A stretch of 64,000 bases of DNA from a virus, in IMG/VR virus record IMGVR_UViG_3300025383_000010, one strand, 5' to 3'. The translations under genes were made by a program, and so were the position numbers. This document shows positions 55,659 to 64,000 of the stretch, piece by piece; positions within the stretch are counted from its first letter, which is position 1; each line of letters begins with the position of its first letter. The notes under the pieces were generated by a model. It saw only the letters and a list, made by a program, of their open reading frames with translations. It had not been told where the DNA came from and made no database searches.

Positions 55659-56330
55659 ATGATCGTACATCGTCCCGCTAATAGTAGGGGCCATATTACT
55701 GCGCCCTTCATGGATACAAGAAGAACTTTCAGTTTCCCTAGTTACTATGATAGTCGTTATATGAACTTTAGCGACTTACAAACTATCAATGATGATCGGG
55801 TTCAGTATGCATGGCAAGTTCCCTGGCACGAACACAAGAACATGGAAATTTTCGGCTATGTAGTTGAGGGTTCAAGTCATCATGTAGACAGCTTGGGTAA
55901 TGATATAGAAGTTCCAGCTGGTGCTGTCCAACGCATGAGTGCAGGTAGTGGTATACATCACACTGAAGGTAATACCAGTGACACCCCAAATCGTTATCTG
56001 CAAATATGGATCAGACCAAATGTATTTGATACTCAACCAACACATGAATGGTGCATGTTTTCTAGGCGAGATAAGCTAAATAAGTTCTGTAATATAACAG
56101 AAAGATTACCAGTTAAGCAAGATGCAAGATTACTAGCTGGAATATTCACACAAGACTTTAGCTTTGACTTAGACAGTAATAGAAAATACTACTTGTATGT
56201 AGTGACTGGTACTATAACTGTTAACGGTTTAGAGTTAGTTGAGGGCGATGGACTAAGTTTTATTGAAGAATCTAATATCAACATAACTAATCCAGAAGAA
56301 TCGGAAATTATTCTTTTTGATCTACGATAA
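55659..56330 (+). CDS. pirin-family protein (YhhW-like)
   Basis: RG.., TFSF..YYD, INDD, HEHKNMEI, HVDSLGN, MSAGSGIHHTE, LQIWI. Confidence 0.92.
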   Translation: MIVHRPANSRGHITAPFMDTRRTFSFPSYYDSRYMNFSDLQTINDDRVQYAWQVPWHEHKNMEIFGYVVEGSSHHVDSLGNDIEVPAGAVQRMSAGSGIHHTEGNTSDTPNRYLQIWIRPNVFDTQPTHEWCMFSRRDKLNKFCNITERLPVKQDARLLAGIFTQDFSFDLDSNRKYYLYVVTGTITVNGLELVEGDGLSFIEESNINITNPEESEIILFDLR

Positions 56331-56341
56331 GGAAAACAACA

Positions 56342-57187
56342 ATGAGAGATCCACGCACAGTTATTGATGTTACACAAGATCCTGGTCTAAGCCATAAGCC
56401 CATAGTTGCTACTGCTTTTAAATCTGATTTTAGTATTCCTAAATATCACTGGGTAGCTGACAAGCCTGACTCACGAGACTATATCTATCAACCAGTAACT
56501 CTATCTACTACTCCATCAACTGTTGATCTTAGAACATTGTATCCTACTCCAGTTGAAGATCAGGGTAATCTAGGAAGCTGCACAGGTAATGCTATTGCAG
56601 AAGCGATAGAAATTATTGACAAGAAGAACGGTAAGAACACCGAAGTCAGTAGATTATTCATCTACTACTATGAAAGATTATTAGAGGGCACGGTTAACTA
56701 TGATAGCGGTGCATATATTAGAGACGGCATCAGAGCTTGCTACACTTATGGTGCACCGTTAGAAACTCTATGGCCTTACAATATAAATAAGTTTAGAACA
56801 GCTCCTAGTAGTGCTGCTGTGTCTGATGCTGCTAGACGTAAGGTTACACTGTACGAACGTGCTACCGACTTCAATGCATGTATCAATGCGCTTGCAAATG
56901 GATATCCTGTTGTTATCGGATTCACTGTTTACAGCAGTTTTGAGAGTGGCAATTGGTGGCATACTACTGCTAACATGCCCTACCCCAACACACGCTCAGA
57001 GAGCGTCCTAGGAGGCCACGCAGTGCTTCTAGTTGGATACAACAATAGTACCCAGCGTTTCATCGTCAAGAATAGCTGGGGAACGAACTGGGGCGATCAC
57101 GGGTACTTCTATATGCCATATCAGGTTATTCAGAACACTAGCATGAGTAGTGACTTCTGGGTCATCAAATCAGTAAACAACCCATAA
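56342..57187 (+). CDS. papain-like cysteine peptidase (C1A)
   Basis: DQGNLGSCT (Cys), GGHAV (His), KNSWGTNWGDHGY (Asn). Confidence 0.93.
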   Translation: MRDPRTVIDVTQDPGLSHKPIVATAFKSDFSIPKYHWVADKPDSRDYIYQPVTLSTTPSTVDLRTLYPTPVEDQGNLGSCTGNAIAEAIEIIDKKNGKNTEVSRLFIYYYERLLEGTVNYDSGAYIRDGIRACYTYGAPLETLWPYNINKFRTAPSSAAVSDAARRKVTLYERATDFNACINALANGYPVVIGFTVYSSFESGNWWHTTANMPYPNTRSESVLGGHAVLLVGYNNSTQRFIVKNSWGTNWGDHGYFYMPYQVIQNTSMSSDFWVIKSVNNP

Positions 57188-57213
57188 AAAAGCCCCCGAT
57201 TAAGGGGGCTTTT
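57188..57213. terminator. bidirectional terminator between convergent blocks
   Basis: AAAAGCCCCC-GATTAA-GGGGGCTTTT. Confidence 0.9.
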
Positions 57214-57215
57214 CA

Positions 57216-57422
57216 TTAATTGTCCTTGGGAAGCGAATCTACTTCTTCAAGAATGATTCGAACTTCTGCTAGATCACGACAGACCAACTTGACATTTGAC
57301 CAATCGTCATTACTGTCTCGTCCACTGACTTCTACCATATAAGCATTGTCATAGAAGTAAACATTGACCTGTTCGGAAACCTTCTTTAGCTTATCACTGA
57401 CCTTTGTGATACCCTTAGCCAT
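57216..57422 (-). CDS. hypothetical protein
   Basis: 68 aa, coupled to the upstream gene. Confidence 0.7.
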   Translation of the reverse strand: MAKGITKVSDKLKKVSEQVNVYFYDNAYMVEVSGRDSNDDWSNVKLVCRDLAEVRIILEEVDSLPKDN

Positions 57423-57777
57423 TGACAGCCCCTAGAATATCGTCAACGGAAACATCCTTGCGAGGACGATTCTTGATAGCATCAAGCGAAGGCTTAGCCT
57501 TGACCTTCACTTCACCCTTGCGAGATTCCTTGATCTTGTCTTCAAGAGTGTCCTGAATCGTTGCCTGATCATCTTCGGACTGAAACTCCTTACAAGTAAG
57601 CATATACTCAAGAGCTTCAATCTTAGTCATTGCATTGGGCAGTTCAATAAAGTCAATGCGAGTAGCGCCACCCTTACTAAACTGCTTGACACGGCGAACC
57701 AAGTCATCAGTGAAACGAACCTTGACACTACTATTGTGATCAGTGATACCGACTACGGTAAAAGTTTGTGCAGTCAT
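57415..57777 (-). CDS. hypothetical protein
   Basis: GGAG RBS; own promoter and hairpin at 57820-57851. Confidence 0.75.
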   Translation of the reverse strand: MTAQTFTVVGITDHNSSVKVRFTDDLVRRVKQFSKGGATRIDFIELPNAMTKIEALEYMLTCKEFQSEDDQATIQDTLEDKIKESRKGEVKVKAKPSLDAIKNRPRKDVSVDDILGAVNG

Positions 57778-58030
57778 AGTTATTACTCCAGTTTCTGTTA
57801 TAGTTTATAGTTAACACAAAGGGTGCCCAAAGTCAACAACTTTGGGCACCCATATTTTCATTACGCGGGAAATGCGCTCTCAGAAATCAGCAAGCGACCA
57901 TAAAGAGCCTTTGCAATCTGAATAGCTTCATACGAATTCGCAGCATTTACATACTGCCGGGCAACTGCGGCGCCCGCTTCGTCCTTAAGACGGACCTGAA
58001 CAAACCACTGACGAGTCATATTAATTCTCC

Positions 58031-58399
58031 TTACTTAGTTACGATGTAGGGCTTATTCCAATTGCCCACGTTGATGTCAATGTAATGGCTGACATGAAAA
58101 TAGTCAGTCATGGCATCCGAGTTATCAAAGAACTTCGGACCCTTCATCGCAGCAATGACTTCTGCGAGAAACTTCTTAGCCTTACCGGTGTAGTGTTCGT
58201 GCGCCCAGTAAGTGTTGACCTGATAGTTATAGTTGTCAGAGGTCGAATCCTTAGCGAAGTCGATCTTGCCAGACTTGATGTTGAGAACGAGAGTAGAGTG
58301 ATGACGAACCGCCAGCGAACCCTTGATGCCATACTTCTTGCAGATAGCCTTGATCGCGGGGGCCAGTTCCTGCTTGTGCTGCTGCGACATATAAGCCAT
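58031..58399 (-). CDS. early hypothetical protein
   Basis: Follows a conserved early promoter; DNSDAMTDYF...GNWNKPY. Confidence 0.8.
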   Translation of the reverse strand: MAYMSQQHKQELAPAIKAICKKYGIKGSLAVRHHSTLVLNIKSGKIDFAKDSTSDNYNYQVNTYWAHEHYTGKAKKFLAEVIAAMKGPKFFDNSDAMTDYFHVSHYIDINVGNWNKPYIVTK

Positions 58400-59037
58400 T
58401 TCGTATCTCCGTTTTCTCAGTCTATAATTAACTATATACCCGTTTTATGGGTAAGTCAACCAAAAAATCACCGGGCCCAAAAATCGTCAATATCAACAAC
58501 CAACTTCTGTCCAGCCTGATTCTTGATCATAGCCTTGAAAGGACCGACGTACTTTACGAACGTGCCGGGTTCTTCATTCATCGTTTCAATGTTGAGAAAA
58601 ATGATAGCCATTTTAGAAACCCTTTCTTCGCTCTTGATATACTCTTATAACAAGTTTGGGTAAACTTGTCAACCAAAAAATGACCTTTTTACAAATTAAT
58701 TTTTGCGATCTTTCGGATTTCCTGACGATCTTGCATCAAAAGGTCAATGATATGACCAATACCATCACATGCTTCCTGATGCTTACCTTCCTTACGGAGT
58801 TTGTAGGCAGCAAGGCAGATATTAGCGAAACCATCTTCAAAAAGCTGATTAGGATCCTTAGGCATTGTAATACTTCCAACCACTGATAGGAGAAAACGAA
58901 GCAATGAGTGCCCCATTAAGCAGCACAATAGCTTCAAAGCCAGCCTTCTTCACTGCATCCATAGCATCGTGAAGCGACTTACCGAGGTAAATATCATTGC
59001 CAAAGTTGACAAGAATAGCTTGATAGAGTTCAGGAAG

Positions 59038-59265
59038 CATTTCAGTATCTCCTATTACGAAGGACGAACGCCGATACAGGCTTCGTCTCCGACAAAACTA
59101 ACAGCATAGCGAATAGAAGTCATGCCGGTTTCATCATCGGTGAAATGAACATCGTCACACACTCGGTGTGCGGTGTAGCCCTGAGTGGAAAGCTGACGAA
59201 TGAACTTTTCAGCTTCATCAACAGTGGTCCTGATTTGAATCATATACTTCATTTCAGTATCTCCT
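59038..59265 (-). repeat. 16-bp direct repeat (RBS plus start codon) flanking ORF 59055-59252
   Basis: CATTTCAGTATCTCCT at 59038-59053 and 59250-59265. Confidence 0.9.
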
Positions 59266-59306
59266 TGCTATACATTCGTTATAACAAAATGGGTACCCAT
59301 TGTCAA
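59260..59306 (-). promoter_or_regulatory. early promoter of the conserved family
   Basis: TTGACA-N17-TATAAC plus the 24-nt shared block. Confidence 0.85.
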
Positions 59307-59369
59307 CCTTTTTTATCCAAAAAGGTACCGACAGACTAAAATAATCTGCCGGTACCAAATTAGTTTAGA

Positions 59370-60302
59370 TTACTCGCTATCGGAAGCAAGCTGTTCCTTA
59401 GCAGCTTCAACAGCAGCAGCACGCGCAGCCTTGATGAAGTTAGCAAGTTCCTTTTCAGCGATCACGCTGGCTTCGGCTTCTGCCTTAGCCTGCACCGCCT
59501 TCTCAAAGGCTTCGTCAGCCTTATCCTTGTCGATTTCATCAACGATTTCGTAGCGGCAAGCACGGCCCTTAGAGTCATTGTAATCATTCGGGATGCTGAC
59601 AACATCACGCGGATTGATCTTGAGAACGATGATACGATCACCGCCGAAGTGATTGAGATAATCCTTCGAACAGAAGTGCAGACCGACCGAGCAAGTACGG
59701 TTTTGATCATCGTCAACCATGTTACGATCCATAGAAACAACCGTCACACCATCAACCACATCAACAGTAACTTCGTTATTCTTACCAGCAGCTTCGACCA
59801 GAACAGCCTTATCAGCGTCAGTCATATAGACAGCCGGCTTGTTCAGCACAGTACCCGAATGACAGTCCATGTAGTCGCCGCGGACCTTCTTGTAAGCGAG
59901 GAAGCAACCATCGGGAGTGATCGGAAGAGTGTTCTTTTCGAGGAAACCATAGAGTTCAGTGACAGCCCGCTTGCTCGGATTCTCCATGAGATTTTCCATG
60001 AAAGCAACGAGCGGCTCGACCGGGAAGTCTTCCTGAATCATAGCAACCATGCGCTTGGTGAGCGCATTGTGCATTTCGCGGCCCTTCCAGAAAATCTTGT
60101 CGCCTTCAATCTCAATGTTGCCCTGACCGAAGTTGATCACAGCCTTCTTCGGCTCAATGATGTCCTGAACAGTTTCCCAATCATTGGACTTGATAGCGTT
60201 GAGCAGCTTATTGTATGCAATATGGCTCTTAGTCACAGTATGCGGCGTAGTGCCGATAACAACAGTGATATTCGAACCCTGGATGATGTACGGAAACGAC
60301 AT
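59370..60302 (-). CDS. rIIB: rIIB-like protein
   Basis: PITPDGCFLAYKKV, CSVGLHF, INPRDVVSIPNDY..KGRACRY; downstream of rIIA. Confidence 0.9.
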   Translation of the reverse strand: MSFPYIIQGSNITVVIGTTPHTVTKSHIAYNKLLNAIKSNDWETVQDIIEPKKAVINFGQGNIEIEGDKIFWKGREMHNALTKRMVAMIQEDFPVEPLVAFMENLMENPSKRAVTELYGFLEKNTLPITPDGCFLAYKKVRGDYMDCHSGTVLNKPAVYMTDADKAVLVEAAGKNNEVTVDVVDGVTVVSMDRNMVDDDQNRTCSVGLHFCSKDYLNHFGGDRIIVLKINPRDVVSIPNDYNDSKGRACRYEIVDEIDKDKADEAFEKAVQAKAEAEASVIAEKELANFIKAARAAAVEAAKEQLASDSE

Positions 60303-60368
60303 ATTAAATTACCTTCTATTACGAGTTGAGAACTAAGTTATAACACATTAAGTTTGATTTGTCAAGAA

Positions 60369-62537
60369 TTAAATGCCCTTGAGCATATCAATCGCATTGA
60401 TATATTCAGCAATGGACTTGTAATCACGGAAGTAACGAGTCAGTTCATTGATGAGCGGATAACGCGACCGAACATTCTGCATTTCAGTATTGTACTTAGC
60501 AATTTCGTCGGTGACGTTAACATTTCCTGCGGTCACGTTGTAGATAGTGCAGAGCGTCTGGAAACCCTGACGAGCCGACTTATTCACAGCATTGACAGTA
60601 GCAAACTCATTGTACATCTTGAGATATGGGCTATTAGTATTCGTAATCTCATTCTGCACATAGGGGAACTTGAAGTATTCGGTGTGACCGATAGCTTCCT
60701 TAACGATACCCTTAACGTCAAGCGCACCCTGCTGAGCCAGCTTTGCCGAAACATATTCGTCAAGATTGACCCAGTTAGACTTACCCTGAACACTTTCAAG
60801 GTCAGCCTTACGAACACCATAGACCGTTTCAGTCAAGATGCCCGAATCCCTAAGAGCCTTCGCAAAAGACTTCATATCATAGTCCTTAGCGACACCCTGA
60901 GCCTGAAAACCGCTCATGGGCAGATAATAGTAAGTCTTGCTATCATCAAATGCAGCAAGCGAACCAGCATCGCGCCAGACCATATCGTTGCTACGCATGT
61001 AACCCTTGTTGTCACGCTTTTCAAGATGCAGGATAGAAACGTCCTTGCCCATACCAGCAGCACGTTCCTTCTGCATCAGCGTAGAAGCCTTGCGAATCTG
61101 CGTAGCAGGAGGAGTAGAAAGAGCGTTGAAGAATGCCTTAGTACGCATATCCTTCTTCTTGTCAGCCTTCTCAAGGACGTAGACATAATCATTACCGCCC
61201 ATGCCCTTAACAGTCTTCCAGTGATACTTAGCACGATTACCAGCACCGACCGTAGTATCGTTAATGACAAACTGTGTAGTGTCAGCTACCTGAATCGACC
61301 AATGCGGAGTGGAGTCCCTATAGCCCTTAGTGTTGTCATAGACATTCTGCATAAGAAGCGTAGAAGCAACACGATCACCATAGTAGCTACCGCGCATTTT
61401 GAAAGCAGTGATCTTGATATTGAACTTCTTCGCCAGAGTATCTTCGGAGAAGTAAAAGGTCTTGCCATCACCATAGCGATTAGCGTTGATCAGATCAAAG
61501 CCAGTGTCAGCAAGGTACTTCTGAACCGCAGCATTCCAAAGCGAGGTGTTCATGCGAGTGCGAAGACGATAAGCCTTTTCCCACGGATTCTTGATAGCAG
61601 CGATTTCTTCTGCGATGCGATCAGCAAGCACCTCATTCAGTGCTTCCAGCTTTGCCTTGATAGCAGCAATCGTTTCAGGAATGTAAGACAGACCTTCACG
61701 CGAAGCCTGAATATCAAGTTCACCAATACCAAACTCAATGGCCAGCCCGCAAGTCAATAGGTGCTCAAGATCACCGAGGTCAGCATTCGCAGGAACCTGC
61801 AGGGGGTATTCAATGTTACCCATGATAGCATAGCTATATCCGTTGCGGGTGCTAGCAGTAGAATGTACGCCCGGGATAATATCACGGTCAGTGTACTCGG
61901 GTTCAATGAACGTGAATCCACCGATACCGCCAGAGACTACAGGACGCAGCTTGAAATGCTTGTAAACGTGACGAGCTTCTTCCTGAAACTTACGGAAGTC
62001 CAGCGAGTCTTCAACAGCAAAGCGAATCTCAACACCAGCAGGCTCATTGGAACCTTCTTCACCCATCGGGGCAATCGAAGGAACACCCTGATCATTGATG
62101 AATGCAGTGTAGACACGCTTGATGCCATTCTTGACGGCAACGATAGTGAAATTGTCAGTGAAGCTGAAAGCAGACTTGGAACCGAGGCCCAGCCCACCAA
62201 TCAGTTCATCAGTGCCAGTCTTAGTGGATTCAAAGTAAGTAGTGAAGATGTTGCGAACCTGCTGTTCATCAAGACCCACACCATAGTCACGGATTGAGAA
62301 CCAAGGTTCAAGCGAGTTGGGAAGATGAACATCAAAAGGAGTATCAGTGTTGCCTGCTTCAACGTGCGAGTCAACAGCATTGCACGAGTATTCGCGGATG
62401 ATAGCGCGAATCTTGTTAGCATAAAGACCAGACGAAAGAATGCCAAACGCCTTAGCACTATTGCGAATACGGAACTCGCCAACCTCACCGACGTTCGAAA
62501 GAACCGGTTCGTTGTCAATCTTATTCTTGATAATCAT
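60369..62537 (-). CDS. rIIA: rIIA-like protein (GHKL/Hsp90-type ATPase N-terminus)
   Basis: LYANKIRAIIREYSCNAVDSH, IRDYGVG, STK, GGLGLGSKS, ASREGLSY; ATG 62537 follows a promoter. Confidence 0.92.
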   Translation of the reverse strand: MIIKNKIDNEPVLSNVGEVGEFRIRNSAKAFGILSSGLYANKIRAIIREYSCNAVDSHVEAGNTDTPFDVHLPNSLEPWFSIRDYGVGLDEQQVRNIFTTYFESTKTGTDELIGGLGLGSKSAFSFTDNFTIVAVKNGIKRVYTAFINDQGVPSIAPMGEEGSNEPAGVEIRFAVEDSLDFRKFQEEARHVYKHFKLRPVVSGGIGGFTFIEPEYTDRDIIPGVHSTASTRNGYSYAIMGNIEYPLQVPANADLGDLEHLLTCGLAIEFGIGELDIQASREGLSYIPETIAAIKAKLEALNEVLADRIAEEIAAIKNPWEKAYRLRTRMNTSLWNAAVQKYLADTGFDLINANRYGDGKTFYFSEDTLAKKFNIKITAFKMRGSYYGDRVASTLLMQNVYDNTKGYRDSTPHWSIQVADTTQFVINDTTVGAGNRAKYHWKTVKGMGGNDYVYVLEKADKKKDMRTKAFFNALSTPPATQIRKASTLMQKERAAGMGKDVSILHLEKRDNKGYMRSNDMVWRDAGSLAAFDDSKTYYYLPMSGFQAQGVAKDYDMKSFAKALRDSGILTETVYGVRKADLESVQGKSNWVNLDEYVSAKLAQQGALDVKGIVKEAIGHTEYFKFPYVQNEITNTNSPYLKMYNEFATVNAVNKSARQGFQTLCTIYNVTAGNVNVTDEIAKYNTEMQNVRSRYPLINELTRYFRDYKSIAEYINAIDMLKGI

Positions 62538-62612
62538 GTGTGTCTTTCTCTGTCTTGATATATTACTTATATCAAAATGGGTAACGGGTGTCAACCAAAA
62601 AATGAAGAAAAC

Positions 62613-62831
62613 TTAAAAAAATCGTACAGCACAACCTGCCATGTAGATGACCAACAGACCTGCATTCACTGCAATCAAAGCAGTCTCGCGCATACGCACA
62701 GCAGCAATGAGCCAAGCAATAGAACCTATGTTGAACAGTACAACGTTGAGCGGATCAACACTTGCAGAAGTAGCGATAGCGCCACCAATCGTACACAATG
62801 TACCAACCCACTTGAGGGTATTATCAAGCAT
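62613..62831 (-). CDS. small membrane protein
   Basis: LKWVGT; three hydrophobic segments. Confidence 0.7.
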   Translation of the reverse strand: MLDNTLKWVGTLCTIGGAIATSASVDPLNVVLFNIGSIAWLIAAVRMRETALIAVNAGLLVIYMAGCAVRFF

Positions 62832-62843
62832 TATGATTACTCC

Positions 62844-63158
62844 TTAGCCGGGATAACGAGTGGGCTTACGAACGATACGACCATCCTCATAGATTTCCAG
62901 GTCGAAGTTATCATCCTCAGGGTCAGCAACAGTGTAGAACCAGCCGCCGCCCTTACGGAACGAGCTTAGCCAAGTCTTGGCGCCATACTTGGTCCAGAAC
63001 CACTGACCGCGATCAGGACCGGTATAGCTATAATCACGAGCATTTCGAGCGCCCTTCTGATAGCCGATGAAGTCTTTGACCAGGATCACAGTAATTGCAA
63101 CAAACACAAAAGCAACAATACCCGAAACGATCATACCGACGATAGTGAAAAACGACAT
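62844..63158 (-). CDS. membrane-anchored early protein
   Basis: First gene after the promoter at 63166-63212. Confidence 0.7.
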   Translation of the reverse strand: MSFFTIVGMIVSGIVAFVFVAITVILVKDFIGYQKGARNARDYSYTGPDRGQWFWTKYGAKTWLSSFRKGGGWFYTVADPEDDNFDLEIYEDGRIVRKPTRYPG

Positions 63159-63165
63159 ATCAGTG

Positions 63166-63212
63166 TCTCCTTGCTATACATTCGTTATAACAGTTTTGGG
63201 CAACCGTGTCAA
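63166..63212 (-). promoter_or_regulatory. early promoter of the conserved family
   Basis: TTGACA-N17-TATAAC plus the 24-nt shared block. Confidence 0.85.
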
Positions 63213-63231
63213 CCAAAATCGTGCCAGCCAC

Positions 63232-63263
63232 AAAAAAAGGTAGGGCCGATTAAGACCCTACCT
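63232..63263 (-). terminator. Rho-independent terminator
   Basis: AGGTAGGG/CCCTACCT stem followed by T7 on the minus strand. Confidence 0.8.
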
Positions 63264-63273
63264 AATTTGTTTG

Positions 63274-63915
63274 TTATACGTTTCTCACATAGAATATATG
63301 TGCACCAATCTGTGCTAAACGCTCAACATGTCTCCAACGAGGGTGAACATAGTTTGCGTGATAGTACAATGCACTTTCCATTCCCTTGACTCTAACGCCA
63401 TTTTCAAGAGCATTCTTTGCTACTCTAACGCTTTCGTTCCACATTTCTCCCTTAGGGTGTGTCCAGCGCATTCTATGATTGTTAGTCCAAGAGAACTGAT
63501 TTCTAGCCATTACCACATCACAAACCCTTCCGGCGAACTTAGGATCGCGGGTTCTATTGATAGTGACTTGTGCTACTGCTAACTTGCCCTTTTCGGACTG
63601 ATTGCCAGCTTCGTGGTAGATATTCTTAGCCATACAGAACAAATCGTTCTTTGAGTAATGAATCTTATCTGTTGTTTCCACGACTGACAGGAATTTAGCC
63701 TTCTTGTAGCCTAGTTCAATTTGTTTTTCTTTTATTTTTACTGGCGAGATTTGTACTAACTGGGGATGCGGCTGCACCGTGTGATATTGTGTTAGTACGC
63801 CAGTTGCTGCGTGTGCTGTACTATAGTTGTGCCAACCGATTAATAGTGCAAGTGAGGCAACAATTAACTTTACACCATTGACTACATCAGTAGTCTTTAG
63901 TTGAGAATTATACAT
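63274..63915 (-). CDS. SleB-like cell wall hydrolase (Hydrolase_2)
   Basis: CMAKNIYHEA, AVAQVTINR, VCDVV, QFSW, ALYYHA.YVHPRW, IGAHIFY. Confidence 0.92.
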   Translation of the reverse strand: MYNSQLKTTDVVNGVKLIVASLALLIGWHNYSTAHAATGVLTQYHTVQPHPQLVQISPVKIKEKQIELGYKKAKFLSVVETTDKIHYSKNDLFCMAKNIYHEAGNQSEKGKLAVAQVTINRTRDPKFAGRVCDVVMARNQFSWTNNHRMRWTHPKGEMWNESVRVAKNALENGVRVKGMESALYYHANYVHPRWRHVERLAQIGAHIFYVRNV

Positions 63916-64000
63916 TTTATTTCCTTAATTGGGCCGCTCTATGATACGATGGGTATATTGTATTGTCCTTCTAATGGGACACCCTATCTATCTACTAAAG

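Noticed and set aside
60354-62297. Long plus-strand ORFs 60354-61760 and 61761-62297 (also 59649-60329)
   Set aside because: Antisense shadows of rIIA and rIIB; no RBS or recognisable motifs.
1-64000. tRNA/rRNA genes, introns, inteins, stop-codon reassignment
   Set aside because: No cloverleaf or rRNA-like stretch recognised by eye, and conserved genes are full-length and uninterrupted in the standard code. A tRNAscan/Infernal run would be needed to exclude RNA genes formally.

Overview
A 64 kb segment of a large, T4-like (myovirus-type) bacteriophage genome, gene-dense and read in the standard genetic code. An alphaproteobacterial or aquatic host is an inference from the ROSE-like thermometer, PlcP/Agt pair and SleB-type hydrolase. 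Recognisable genes: UvsE UV endonuclease, T4-type RNase H, ATP-dependent DNA ligase, a proteostasis block (ClpX, Hsp20, ClpS, ClpP), a TOPRIM protein, dCMP deaminase, IF-1, an Fe/Mn SOD-like protein, three homing endonucleases, a tail-fibre/LamG adhesin block, pirin, a papain-like protease, rIIA/rIIB and a cell-wall hydrolase. Most striking observations: (1) an array of 13 tandem small, otherwise diverse ORFs (27748-30861), each ending in a conserved DNA junction, consensus TTGAGGTGGTCATGA, which is at once the LRWS-stop C-terminus, a Shine-Dalgarno and the next start codon; three other modules in the window are also flanked by direct repeats, suggesting a gene-cassette acquisition or shuffling mechanism; (2) a group of mostly late-promoter genes (kinase-like, GNAT, nucleotidase, partner of a YafQ-like RNase) sharing an N-terminal M-K/R-x-x-E-hydrophobic tag resembling a capsid-targeting signal, several apparently on leaderless mRNAs; (3) a phage-borne PlcP-Agt lipid-remodelling pair; (4) a ROSE-type RNA thermometer before the phage Hsp20; (5) an ArfA-like peptide missing from the ORF track. 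All functional calls come from motif recognition by eye; no database searches were run.
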